Below are positions 1 to 15,153 of a DNA stretch of 64,000 nt, piece by piece (the first letter of the stretch is position 1; each line of letters begins with the position of its first letter). Source of the stretch: Selaginella moellendorffii (Eukaryota; Plantae; Lycopodiophyta); NCBI RefSeq assembly GCF_000143415.4, contig NW_003314336.1, forward strand, positions 844,853 through 908,852. Direction: 5' to 3'. The notes beneath the pieces are model-generated. The model was not told where the DNA came from. It searched no databases and worked only from the letters and a program-made list of their open reading frames with translations. The translations under genes and the position numbers were made by a program.

Positions 1-399
1 GATTTGGCTGAGAGGAGGACAGCGACATGGAACCCCCCAATTGCAACAGTGCTTATTTTAGTTCGTCTGCGATTCAAGCAATCTTTTTTTCTGGAGGTTA
101 GCCAAGAATCTTGCAGGCTAGCTACCTTTTTTCCTCGTCTGCCAAATCCTAGTGTGGGGTGCGTGGTTAATTTTGTTGGACGGCACCGGCAATAGAAGTG
201 TACTGTATAGAGTGAGTAGGAGTCAAAGAGATGTTGTTGCGATGGGCCCGCCTCACCCAGCCTCTGAGACGGAGTGCCATGGAAAGACCTCGAGACCATC
301 AGTTTGTACTCGACATCAGAAGGTAAGTGGTTGACGTAATACGGTTTCGTTTTTTGCAAAGAGTTTTGATTATTTTAAAAAGAGCACACGGAAGTCTTT

Positions 400-3095
400 T
401 TACTTCTTTGCTGGATACGGCGCAAAAATAACAGACGAGTTGTGTCCGCCGAAACCGAACGAGTTGGACAGGGCCACTTTGACGTCCAGCTTCTGTTTGT
501 TGGCACCAACGATTACCTCCATGTTCTGCGAAGACCGTCAACGAGCAACAAATTGTTATCAAAGCGATCGTAATCTAAAGGCTGAGATTACTTACCACGT
601 CCTTCTCGGGTGTATCGATGTTGATTGTGGGATGCACCCATCCACTTCGGATTGCCTAGAACACACACGCACTTTTCACTTTAATCCTGAAACATTTGAA
701 GGCAAGTACCTGAATCGTTGCAATCGCCTCAACACCCCCTGCTGCTCCTAGCAAGTGCCCTGTCATGGACTTCGTGGAGTTGACTTTAATCTGCGCCACA
801 ACGCAAATGAGCGTTACTGAATGAAGCTCGTTCTGTTGAAGAGTACCTCGGAATTACTGCCGAAGCACCGCATAATAGCCTTGTACTCCTGGACATCGCC
901 AGCCTGGGTGGAAGTTGCATGAGCATTCACATAGTTGACGTCTTGTCTATCGACGCCAGCTTGGGCCAGCGCCTTCTCAATGCAGAGCAAGATACCCGCG
1001 CCTGCTTGAACACGGTTATAAAGAAGAAACTCAAAAAGAAAAGGGAAAAAAAAACATTTAACACCTTCGGGATGGGGCTCCGTCATGTGATACGCATCGC
1101 AAGTCGAACTTCCGCCTAGAAACTCCGCATATATCTCGGCACCTCGCCTCTGCATTGTTTAGATTGTTCACGCTCCTCGACTGCAAACGTTCAAAGACCC
1201 ACCTTGGCGTGTTCCAACTCCTCCAAGACGAGGACGCCCGCACCCTCCCCCATCACAAACCCGTCTCGGCCCTGCAAAACCATTGCTACATAGTAAAAAC
1301 TCTGCCACTGTGCACAAGTGCATGCAACTCACCTCATCCCACGGGCGAGAAGCTCTTGATGGTTCGTTGTTACGCTGAGACAATGCCCTGCAGGCAACAA
1401 ATCCTCCGAGGCCTATAGTGGATGAAGTTGAGCAGTCAGTTCACGGAGCAACGCTGGACACGTAGTGTCCAGAATGACATACCGATAGGAATGATGGCTG
1501 CATCAGATCCACCAGCAAGCATCACGTCCTGTGCAGAAAGGCTTTCTATAATTGTGTCAAAAAGATTCTAACTCGATCAAATCTCTCGTTACCGCTTCGC
1601 CTCTGACAATGTGATTGGCGGCGCTCAACATGCAATAGTTGCTGGTTGCACAGGCCGTCGAGATGGAGTAGTTCGGCCCCATCCAACCCTGGTCAGAAAA
1701 TGAGATCCCTTAACTCTGTGTTTCGCCGTTCCAACGCGTACATACCAGATCCATCGCTAACATCGCGGAACCCATATTTGTTGTCGCAAACGGAACACAA
1801 AACGGGTTCATCTTGCGGTATGACACTCTGAGAGCCTCGATTGCATCGCTAAACACCTGGCACAACGCAAGGGAAAAACAGAGCCACGACAAGAGTTAAG
1901 AGTAGACTAACAACAGAAAGAAAGAGACTTTAGTGGTGACACACACACACACACACACACACACCTGCATGCCTCCCATTGCAGAACCAATGAGAACCCC
2001 GCACTTCGTCTTGTCGAGCTGGTCTATCACGTCCCGAGTCATTCCAGCGTCCGCTACAGCTTTCTTGCCAGCCGTGAGCAAGTAGAGCATGAACTTGTCC
2101 ATGCGCTTACAAAACTTGGGGGCCACCCAGCCATCGGGCGAGAAGTCTTTGATCTCGCCGGCAATCCTCTGGTGCAAAGAGACAAGAGTAAATCAAACAA
2201 AGAGTGAATCGAGTTCCAGGATCCTCACAGTAGGAAAATCTTTGCAGTCGAAGTTCTCGATCTCTGTTATTCCACTTGTGCCGCGGAGCAGATTCTCGTA
2301 GAAAGCATCCGGCTCGTGTCCAAGGCAGGACACAACACCCATTCCCGTGACAACGACCCTCCGTTTCTTGGTCGCCACAACTTTCCTCTCCACGCTCTCC
2401 TTGACAGGTTGCACAGGTTGCATAGGTTGAACAGCCACTGCCATGTTTCTTCCTGCTGCAACCCATAGCGAATCACTAGTTAGTATGAGCAACCATTCTC
2501 CCAATGCAAAATCCAAAATCTCATTCTCGTGCGTGCGTGCATGCATGCATGCATGCAACCAAGGCTTGCAGGCTGAGCTCGCCACGATCGACTTAGCAGC
2601 ACTAAGTGGTACCAGTGACAGGCAGCACCAAGTCAAACAAGAGCAGTGACCTCGATACGAATGCGATGGAAATGCGAGCGTACCTGGCGCTGCTGCTGTT
2701 GCTCGAGGACCTCGTCTCCTAGACGGCCTGGACGACGACGACGACGACGACGAGGGAGCGGCAGCGAAGAAGGAGGGAGACCACTTTGCGGAGCGATGGT
2801 ACTCGGGGCATGCCTCGAAAGAGAGGCACGATCCCAATCCCGACAGACCTGATTCGTAAAGCGCGACCACAGCTCCTGCCATGGATGTTGGGGGGGGGGC
2901 GGCGGCGGCGGCGGTGGCGGTGGCGTGGAGCTGCTGTAGATCGCGAGCTCGTCGCCGGGATCTCCTGCTGCCAGCGGGAGGCGGAGCCATTGAAATGGAG
3001 GAGGAATTGAGGTCTCCGCCGCAGATCCCATGGGTGAGGCACGCCGCAATCAGCCACGTACACAAGGGTGCGGCTGCTGCGCCCACCATTGCCAT
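400..3095 (-). CDS. KAS2: 3-oxoacyl-ACP synthase II (KASII), plastidial; multi-exon
   Basis: Exon translations give [69 protein letters not shown] and the C-terminal [13 protein letters not shown]...PAKK* (stop 400-402). The N-terminus ([10 protein letters not shown]) is the KASII-type leader. Confidence 0.95.
1939..1964. repeat. (AC)13 microsatellite at the 5' end of a KASII intron
   Basis: Seen directly; on the minus strand it reads CAG|GTGTGT... Confidence 0.95.
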
Positions 3096-3355
3096 TGCTC
3101 GTGGTTGCTCCTCTCCTCCTCCTGCCTTCCTTCTCCCTGCGCCTAAATAACTAGTAGGAATAGTAGGCTGTTTTAATTTTAAGGTCTCCGTCTCCCACGT
3201 TATTTATTTTTATTGAAACTCCAGTGAGCCAATGGCGACACACACATATCCCTCCTCGTCCGCTCATTTCTCTCCTCTCGCCTTTGTTGCTGATAAGCAG
3301 CTCGCTCAGTGGCTACACGACGAGCCCCCTAAAACCCTCTCAAATCTCTTTTTAT

Positions 3356-4165
3356 TCATCCCTGCATTTGAGCCTTGGCACCCTGCAGCATCGGGATGAG
3401 CTTCCCCTGACTGTGAAGGCGGTGCGTATCTGTAGACAGACAGATTGGAATTGGAAGAAAGAAAAGGAAGTCATTCTACGGTAAAACAAGATCCAAGTAC
3501 TTGGTTGTAACATACCATCACATCCCCCGACATGCTTTCCACCTGAGAATGCCACGGAGGGAGGAATTCATTAGACAAAGCAAGCAAAGAGTTTGCTCAC
3601 CAATAAACACGTTGGGCACCGTTGATTGCCCGGTCATTCTTTTCAAGGCTGCCTGGACGTCCGCCTCCTCAACTAAGACACAAATCCAAAACAAACCATC
3701 AGATCTTCGAGTCGGATCCAAGAGACGAGCTACAGAGAGAAAAACCAGTCACCGAGCTCGTCCAATTCCACGACCACCACCTTCACTCCCAGCTTCTTAA
3801 ACAGGCCCTTCACCTTGCTGCAATAGCTGGTCTCAACACACAAATCAAGTCCCGAGTAAAATAACATGAGAGAAAGAAACTTTGAAGGAGAAAACTTACG
3901 GGCACCACGACTTGGAGTAAATGACAACGGGATTGTGCTCGTTCTTGCTCTTGATGAGATCATCCGTTTGAGACTGGGAGCTAGACATACTCTTCACCAC
4001 AACGGATCGCCCGATCTCCCTGTTTTGCCGTCGAAGGAGCCGGAAATCCGTGGTGCGATGCCGGCATTGCATCGCATTTGGTGAAGGATTGACGCGATTC
4101 GCCCATGCCTCGCCCGCGCTCCCCTTGACTGCTACCGCCCTTGGAGCACACAAGGAGGAAGCCAT
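3356..4165 (-). CDS. Plastid class I glutaredoxin (GrxC5/S12-like), active site WCPYC; multi-exon
   Basis: Transit-peptide-like N-terminus; NPVVIYSKSWCP|YCSKVK joined across an intron; TGQSTVPNVFIGGKHVGGCD; stop TGA at 3356-3358. Confidence 0.9.
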
Positions 4166-4215
4166 GCCCTAAAATGCGCCCATAGGTCACGGGTTCGACA
4201 CTCTTTAGCCCCAAT

Positions 4216-4241
4216 CGTTTGAAATATTTCTTTCCGTTGGA
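4216..4241. promoter_or_regulatory. Candidate G2/M promoter elements (CHR-like TTTGAA and MSA core TCCAACGG) in the GRX/kinesin divergent spacer
   Basis: TTTGAA at 4218-4223 and CCGTTGGA (reverse complement TCCAACGG) at 4234-4241, upstream of a mitotic kinesin. The motifs are short and could be chance. Confidence 0.35.
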
Positions 4242-4375
4242 GCCCTGATAGCCTAAAAGCTTTGGCGAGGCGGAGAAGCGGGAAAGTGGTGTCTTGCTCG
4301 TGGCTGTCTAGGTTAGGGCATCCATCGATCGACGCAGCTGTGGCGAGCAGGATCGCAAGCTTCTCGCCGTCGGCC

Positions 4376-7300
4376 ATGGCGGGCCGCCACGAGAAAGACA
4401 AGGACAAGGGCGTCAATGTCCAGGTTCTACTGCGATGCAGGTAAGAGAATGCTTGATCTGGCCTCCGCCGCTGCCCATCTCTCTGTTCTTGCTACTCCAG
4501 GCCCTTCAATGACGACGAGATCAAGGCGAATGCGCCCCAAGTCATCTCTTGCCATGACCAACGCCGTGAGGTCACTGTGTACCAGAACATCGCCAGCAAG
4601 CAAATTGACAGGACATTCACATTTGACAAGGTGCCTCGTCCCTTTCTCTCTTTCCTTTTTTCCCTCTTTGCTCTTCCGCCGCGAGGAAAGCTCAAACCCA
4701 CGTAAGTGCAGGTCTTTGGTCCTTCTTCTCAGCAGCGCGATTTGTATGATCAAGCAATCATTCCCATTGTGAACGAAGTTCTCGAAGGCTTCAACTGTAC
4801 CATTTTTGCGTATGGACAGACCGGAACGGGGAAAACTTACACTATGGAGGGAGCAGGAAGAAAACCCAAGGTATGAATATCGATGCCTTTCTTATCTAGA
4901 ATGTCTATCTCATCTTTATGGTTCCAGAGCGGGGAACTCCCTTCTGAAGCTGGAGTTATTCCAAGAGCGGTTCAACAAATCTTTGACACGCTAGAAAGCC
5001 AGAATGCCGAGTACAGTGTCAAAGTCACGTTTCTGGAACTTTACAACGAAGAAATCACAGACTTGCTCGCACCTGAGGAACTTTCGAAGGTGATGGGAGA
5101 CGAGAAGCAGAAAAAGCCTTTGGCTCTGATGGAGGACGGGAAGGGAGGAGTACTTGTCCGGGGTCTTGAAGAGGAAATCGTGACCAGTGCAAACGAAATT
5201 TACAGCCTTCTTGATCGGGGATCTTCTAAAAGGCGAACAGCAGAAACGCTTCTAAACAAGCAATCGAGGTACGCCCCTAGAAGGTTCTGGCTAAGTACGA
5301 ATCTGTATTCTTTGTGTTGTTGCAGCCGTTCACATTCCATATTTTCAATCACGATTCATATCAAAGAAGCAACACCTGAAGGCGAGGAGTTAATAAAATG
5401 TGGCAAGCTGAACTTAGTCGACTTGGCTGGCTCAGAGAATATTTGCCGCTCTGGAGCTAGGGAGGTGAGTGTGGCTCTAGTCAGTGATCATGACATGACT
5501 CCCATGGTTTGTTGTCAGGGGCGTGCTAGAGAAGCCGGAGAAATCAATAAGAGTCTACTGACGCTTGGACGGGTCATAACTGCCCTTGTTGAACATCTCG
5601 GCCACATTCCATACAGGTTAGTGACTGTGACTACGAAGAAACGACTGCTTGCTAAATATAATGGTGCTTTGAGCAGGGACAGTAAGCTCACGAGGCTTTT
5701 ACGAGACTCTTTGGGCGGCAGAACAAAAACGTGCATTATTGCCACCGTATCTCCGTCTGTGCACTGCCTAGAGGAAACACTCAGCACGTTGGATTATGCT
5801 CATCGAGCTAAGAACATCAGGAACAAACCAGAGGTACGAGCATTGTAAAATGTTACCGCAATTCCGATCTCTTCTCTTGGCATAGGTTAATCAAAAGATG
5901 ATGAAGTCTGCACTGATAAAGGACCTCTATGGAGAAATTGAAAGACTGAAATCAGGTGGGGTCTTGTTTTTCTCTTATGTGTTTACTGATTTATGGAGCA
6001 GAGGTTTATGCTGCTCGGGAGAAAAATGGCATCTATGTGCCTCGTGAACGCTACTATCAAGACGAAGCTGACAAGAAGGTATGATTTTCGACTCAACCTT
6101 CATGCCTTCTAGAAGAGTTTCTTGTCAGGCAATGACAGAGCGTATTGAACATATGGAGTACGAGATTGAAACGAAAGACAAGGTAAAAATGACCTGTATT
6201 TCCGACATAATATGTGTTTTTCTTCGCTTCAGCATCTAGATGAGATTCAAGAGTTATGTGAACGAAGGCAACAGCACAACACCGAACTACAAGCAAAGCT
6301 TGTCGAGACGCAGGTTTGATTTTTGTTCTTATTGCTATATACACTTCAATATTCGTGGCTTTCAGGCTAAACTTGAGGAAACTGTCGAAACTCTTTCGAC
6401 GGCAAAAGAAAATCTTAGGCAAACCCTTTACGCAGTTCATGGTCGTGAATTTGTCATTTCTCGGCAACAGGATGCAGGTTTGTTGTATTTTCCAATTTAA
6501 TAGTTACACAAACTTTCTGCTGCAGAGACTGTTCTGGTCGAACAAGCGTGCAAGCTTTGCGGCGACTTAGAAACCGCAGCTAAGGAGATTGACGGTTTAT
6601 TCCAAAAAATAGGTGTGTTGGTTGCAAGTTTATTGGGTATCACTATCGTTATACTTTGTTCAGAGAGAAAGGGCACGTTGGAGTCGTACAACAAAAAACT
6701 AGTCGGGACGTTTCGTGAAGAGCTTTCTGTGCACCTTCAGTCCCTAAATTGTTCGTTAGGCACATTTTTGTCTCAGCAGCAAAAGCAATTGCAAGCGCTT
6801 GAACAACAACTGGGAAGTTTCATGTCTTCCAGGAATGAGGTGCGGCTGTTATTTTGGTTCCGCATTGATTTTGATTTTCGTTTCTGTGTTTCTAGAATGT
6901 TGACGATTTGAAAGAGAGGTTGGAAGGCTTGAAGAGAACCTGTTGTTCTAGACTTCAGTCTGTTCATGGTATTGTTGGTGAACACCAGCAAGATGCCGTT
7001 CATACTTTGGACAAGATTCAGACAGCTGTTTCAACTCATTACGCTTCTACTTCAGATGTAAGAACTTTTTCTTTTTACTTGTTTTATATTTTGTGTTCGT
7101 GTTTCAGCTACTTTCTGCCGTTGCTTCACAAGCCGATGGAACTCTGGAAATGTTCGAATCGCATCTTTCTGAGCAGCAGCGTGAACTGGCTTTGTTTGCA
7201 CAGCAGCAAAGAGAGGTCTGTGTTCACCTTATTAGAATGATCTTGAGTTAACTATCTGCTGCGCAGAGCTGCCGTCACAATGCAGAAGCTGCAAGCGCGG

Positions 7301-8666
7301 TCCTGACTCTGATGGTGGAGTTTTGTGGGAAGTTGAGAGAAGATGTTACTGAAATGGGTCGTATGATTGATGAAACTCATAAGACTCGCCATGAGCTGCT
7401 TTCTGGCCTTTCACTCGAGTATCAGGTGCGTTGAGCATTTATGCATAAGATCGATCTGATTTTTAACTTCTTACGACAGGAAATGTCTAAAAGAGAAGAG
7501 AAACACCTGCAAGACGAAATCAGCACCTTGCTGGTTAGTGTTATGGACCGAAGTAAGAAAATGGTAATGTCCAGTATAATCTTTGATAGCTTTAGTTTAA
7601 TTTACTTTCGTGGTGTAGGTGGCTGAGCGGATCAACTCTTTGATGGAGGCATCTGCAAAGGATACACAATGCATACGCAAAAGTGTTCTTGACGCTCAAG
7701 TGGCCGTTTCCCATACAGAGGACCGTCTCAACATCTTTGTAAAGGAAGCTGATGTCAATGCACGTGATGCGTCTGCTTTGCTGGCAGCCAGACACTGTCA
7801 CATGGAGGAGCTTCTTCAGCAAAGGTACATTTGCGTTGAACATATTTGCGCTGAGCTGATCCCCTTATTCCCAGTGTCAAAGACACCGGTGTTGCCGCAG
7901 ACAAATGGAAATCGTCCTTGGGCTCTTTGCGAGTTCTTGGAGAAAACAACGTTCCTGTTGTTGCTGCAATATTCGAGTTCGTTTTGCCGTTCAAAGCTTC
8001 CTGTGCATGGTAATATCTACGTTTGTTTCAGGGAAGCGCACAAATCGGAGTGTCTATTCTCGACAACCTTGGGCGCCGCAAACATGTTGGCACAAGAAGA
8101 AGTGTCGTCGGAGATAGGATCCATTTCGACGCATACCAACAGTAAGCTTCTTCCTCCCTGTGTAGCTAGCTGCCAGGTACATTCTTTTAACTCTTGGTAT
8201 ATACAGATGTCCATGCCACTGAGCATGAGGTGCTCTTGAGTGTCCAATCGCATATTGGATCGCATTGCCGACAGCTGAAAGACATGGAAATGGAGCACAC
8301 CAAGAGCGTGGAAGAAATAACGGGCACCGCGGACACGTATCTGTCAAGCAGATATAAGGTACACTTGGTTACGTCCTGAGCTTGTTAACTAACAACTGAC
8401 TCTCTGCTTGGCAGGAGGATCAACCGACGTGTACGACACCAAGAAAGCGTTCAATCGAGATTCCTACGAGCGCGTGCATTCAGCAACTACGAGCACCACA
8501 CTCGGATGTCCTGCTGCAGGAGTTTCAAGACAAGCACAGCCCCAGGAAGCATCCAAGGCAAGAAAATGCCATGGCAAAAGAAGGCGCGAAAGCATTCACA
8601 TCCTTGGAAGCAGCCAAGCGGGAAACCAGGATTCCTCTCACTGCAGTAAACCGTATGGAGCTCTAG
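4376..8666 (+). CDS. Kinesin-5 (BimC/KRP125-like) motor; many short introns
   Basis: [22 protein letters not shown] (P-loop), [32 protein letters not shown], coiled-coil stalk and a tail [11 protein letters not shown] (BimC box). Ends [12 protein letters not shown] at 8664-8666. Confidence 0.95.
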
Positions 8667-8913
8667 AGAGGCTGAGAAGGTACCGCAAGCAGCTAGTTAC
8701 GATTCCTTGTACAATAATTTATAGGATGGACGTTGGCTAGCTCGCCACTCGAATCCTACGGTTTTCTCCCGTGTCTTTTTATTTTTTTGCTTCTTTAAAG
8801 ACTTCTTCCTTCATTACGATAGCGTGTAAAGTCGTCGATTTTTATAGTCAAGAAAAGAGGAAAAAGAAGAAAAAACCATCCAAAATGAATACACGCGATT
8901 TTTATCAACAGCC

Positions 8914-12059
<3,146 letters not shown>

Positions 12060-12368
12060 GGCTGCCGAGCCTAAAACCCTACAATGCCCCGCCGGACGAC
12101 CTAAGGAGCCAAGCGCCTGCGCCGCAGCTTACAGTCGCGGATCTCCAATTCTTCGCTGCTCCATGCGCCGCCAAGCTCGGCGCAACCACGCAGCAGCTTG
12201 AGCCCTCTTCCCTCCTTCGGCCACAAACCCTAAAAATCGGAGCCTTAGCTTGGCCTATAAACGCCGCGTTCTCTTCCCGACCTTTCCTCTTAAATTTTTT
12301 TCCTTTGGGGTTTCTTTTTGCCCTTTGCCTGGGCGTGAATTTTTAGGTCTAGGCTAGGGCACGAACGA

Positions 12369-14462
12369 ATGCTGCAGGATGCGGCCAAGCTGGCGCTGGG
12401 CTGCGCATTGGTGGCGCGCGAGCTCCTCACCTCCGCCAGATCCTCCTCCTCCTTGCTCGTCTCTCTCACTGATCTCGCCGGATTGACCAGGGGCCGCATC
12501 CATCACGCCATCACGGCGCCTGTGGCATCGCATCACCAATCGCCACGCCAGGAAGCTGAGGTACGAGTAGAATCGAAGCAGAAGCCCATCGATGCGGTGG
12601 ACGGTGAGAGAATTTCAGTGGCGCCACCGCCACCGCCGCCACTACCGCCACCACCGCCGCCGCTAACAGCCGGTAACGAGCATCTCTCCCAGTTCAAGCT
12701 CGCCCGCAAGGTGAGGAAGCCGCGAGAGAGGCGCGTCCCATCGACGCCCATGGGCAGGATCATGGGGTGAGTCTAGTTTCTATCCAGAAGAACAACTAAA
12801 CTTTCCTCTGTGACAGCTTTGCTGGAATGGGAGCTGGGCTTGCATGGGGCACTGTCCAGGAATCCGTGAAACGAGCGTGGTCTGGCCAGGGGCAATCCGG
12901 TGGCGATGCGCTGCTCTCCCCGTTCCTGAGCGACAAGAATGCCGAGCGTCTTGCTCTTGGCCTGTGCCGGATGCGCGGGGCAGCTCTCAAGCTCGGACAG
13001 ATGCTTAGCATCCAGGACGAGACGATCATTCCTGCACCGGTAGTTTCTTGGTGGTAATTTGCAAAAGGGCCCTGCAGTGCTTGTGAGTGCTCATTAACTC
13101 TCTTTTCCTTCTTTTGCTGTAGATTTTGGCTGCTCTCGAGACTGTTCGTCAAGGTGCTGATGTTATGCCCAAGCAGCAGTTGCATGAGGTGCTTGTCGCT
13201 GAGCTCGGGCCGGAGTGGAGAGAACGTTTACAAATTTTCGATGATCAGCCTATGGCTGCTGCAAGCATTGGACAGGTGCGACTATTGTCATTCTTTTCTT
13301 GTCTCATTGCTTTCTCGCATCAGGTCCACCGAGCAACGTTAAAAGGAGGTCAGCTGGCGGTGATGAAGATACAATATCCTGGCGTTGCCAAGAGCATTGA
13401 CAGTGACATAGACAATGTCAAATGGCTGCTGGAGCGCACCAATCTTTTGCCCCGGGGTTTGTACCTTGACCAGGCTATCAAGGTGAGATTTGGATAAACA
13501 GGAACGCTTTACAGGATCGCTTGAGCCTTAGTGTATATAGGTTGCGAAATCTGAGCTGGCGTTGGAATGCGACTACTATGTGGAAGCAGCAAGTCAGAAA
13601 AAGTTCAAGGAGTTGCTAGCAGGCGAGCAGGAGTTTTATGTTCCCGTCGTGTATGACGAGTTGAGCAGCAAGCGCGTGTTGACAACTGAGTTCGTGCCAG
13701 GTACAGACAAAGCATGTAGTTTGGAAAGCTCACACTCCTTATTTGCAGGTGTTTCGATCGATAAGGTTGCGACAATGGAGCAGAGCGTTCGGAACCACGT
13801 AGCCAGTCAGCTTTTGAACCTGACCTTGAGGGAGCTGTTTGAGTTTCGCTTCATGCAGGCAAGCCTACTTTTTCTTCCCCTCCTGTTTCTAACTTATTTA
13901 ACTGTTGTCTTCCCAGACGGATCCAAACTGGAGCAACTTCTTATACGATGAGGGTTCGAAACGGATCAACTTGATAGATTTTGGTGCTGCTCGACACTAT
14001 CCAAAACGCTTCGTAGACGACTACTTACAAATGGTAATCCAGGACTGCATTTCGTTCTCCTATCCTACTAACAGACTAGCGCATCAGGTTATGGCGTGTG
14101 CCAACAGAGACCGGGACAAAGTCGTGGACATGTCCATCAAGCTTGGCTTCTTAACCGGCGAGGAAGCAGACGTGATGCTGGATGCACACACGGAGGCAGC
14201 GTTTGTGGTCGGCCTGCCGTTTTCAGAGGATGGAGGCTACGACTTCCGCAGTTCAAATCTCACGTCCCGCGTCTCCGCGCTGGGGGCGACGATGCTGAGA
14301 CATCGCTTGAAGCCACCACCCGACGAGGCCTATAGCCTCCACAGGAAGCTGTCTGGAGCGTTTCTGGCATGCATCAAGCTCGGGGCAGTGGTGCACTGCA
14401 GGAGAATGCTACTCGACGTCTACCACAAGCATGCTACGGCAGTGGAAGCCGTGGCAGGCTAA
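12369..14462 (+). CDS. ABC1/UbiB-family atypical kinase, mitochondrial COQ8 type
   Basis: [25 protein letters not shown] (KxGQ), [48 protein letters not shown]. Confidence 0.93.
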
Positions 14463-14498
14463 CGAGATGAGGTGCGTGTGCGTGTATTCCATTCCATT

Positions 14499-15135
14499 TT
14501 ACAGGAAGATCTCACTCACTTTGTCTCTCTGGACATCCAGTTCTTGCTCAATAATGTCCCGGAGCACCTCGAGAGGTAGCAGGCCTTCTGTCCGGACGAC
14601 TGGATCCCTGTCCAGGTTTTTGGTCACAAACAGCAGCGTCGGCAGTCCTCGCAGCTGAGAATAAAAGTCGCATTTTTTTGGCCAGCAAGAGTGTCTTTTT
14701 CAGTTTACCTGGAGCTGGTGGGCGAGCTCGTACTCCTCATCCGTGTCCACCTTGAGAAACTGGACTTTTTTGGAGAACTCGACCGCGAGCTGAGAGGAAA
14801 AGATGGGCGATGGAAGGATGAAACTCGACAGCTTACTTGTTCCAGCGCTTGAGCCATTGGAATGCACGGGCCACACCAGGTTGCGTAGAAGTCCACCACC
14901 GCGGGCAATTCCAACCGGCCTTTGCTGCCAAAGACGAGCTTCTCGAGCTCCCGGGCATTCACCTTCTTCTGCGCCAATGCAATGCAGCTCCAATCCAACC
15001 CATGAGAGGAAGAAACTAGCATTGCATTACCACTCGGTAGTCGCCATACTCGACGTACTTGATCCTCCGCTTGGCGGGCGGCCCTGACGCTGGCGGAGGC
15101 TGGCCATAGAGAGCGGTGGTGGTGGCGACCAGCAT
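14499..15135 (-). CDS. TRXz: Thioredoxin z / CITRX, plastidial
   Basis: Spliced model: KYVEYGDYRV|KKVNARELE, DFYATWCGPCI, KVDTDEEYELA, RGLPTL, RTEGLLP. These are TRX z/CITRX-type motifs. Stop at 14499-14501. Confidence 0.9.
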
Positions 15136-15141
15136 TTGTTT

Positions 15142-15150
15142 AAACCCTAA
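15142..15150 (+). promoter_or_regulatory. Telo-box AAACCCTAA between the TRX z and HISN1 start codons
   Basis: Exact match. Similar boxes lie in other divergent spacers (about 12226 and 57214). Confidence 0.55.
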
Positions 15151-15153
15151 ATC

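Noticed and set aside
1-399. Possible Pol III RNA ending in T-runs (~83-90 and ~127-133)
   Set aside because: No recognisable snRNA, SRP or MRP motif; most simply the KASII 3' UTR or intergenic DNA.
4185-4205. GGTTCGA T-loop-like motif (also at ~41711) suggesting tRNA genes
   Set aside because: There is no acceptor stem, D-arm or anticodon arm around either site.
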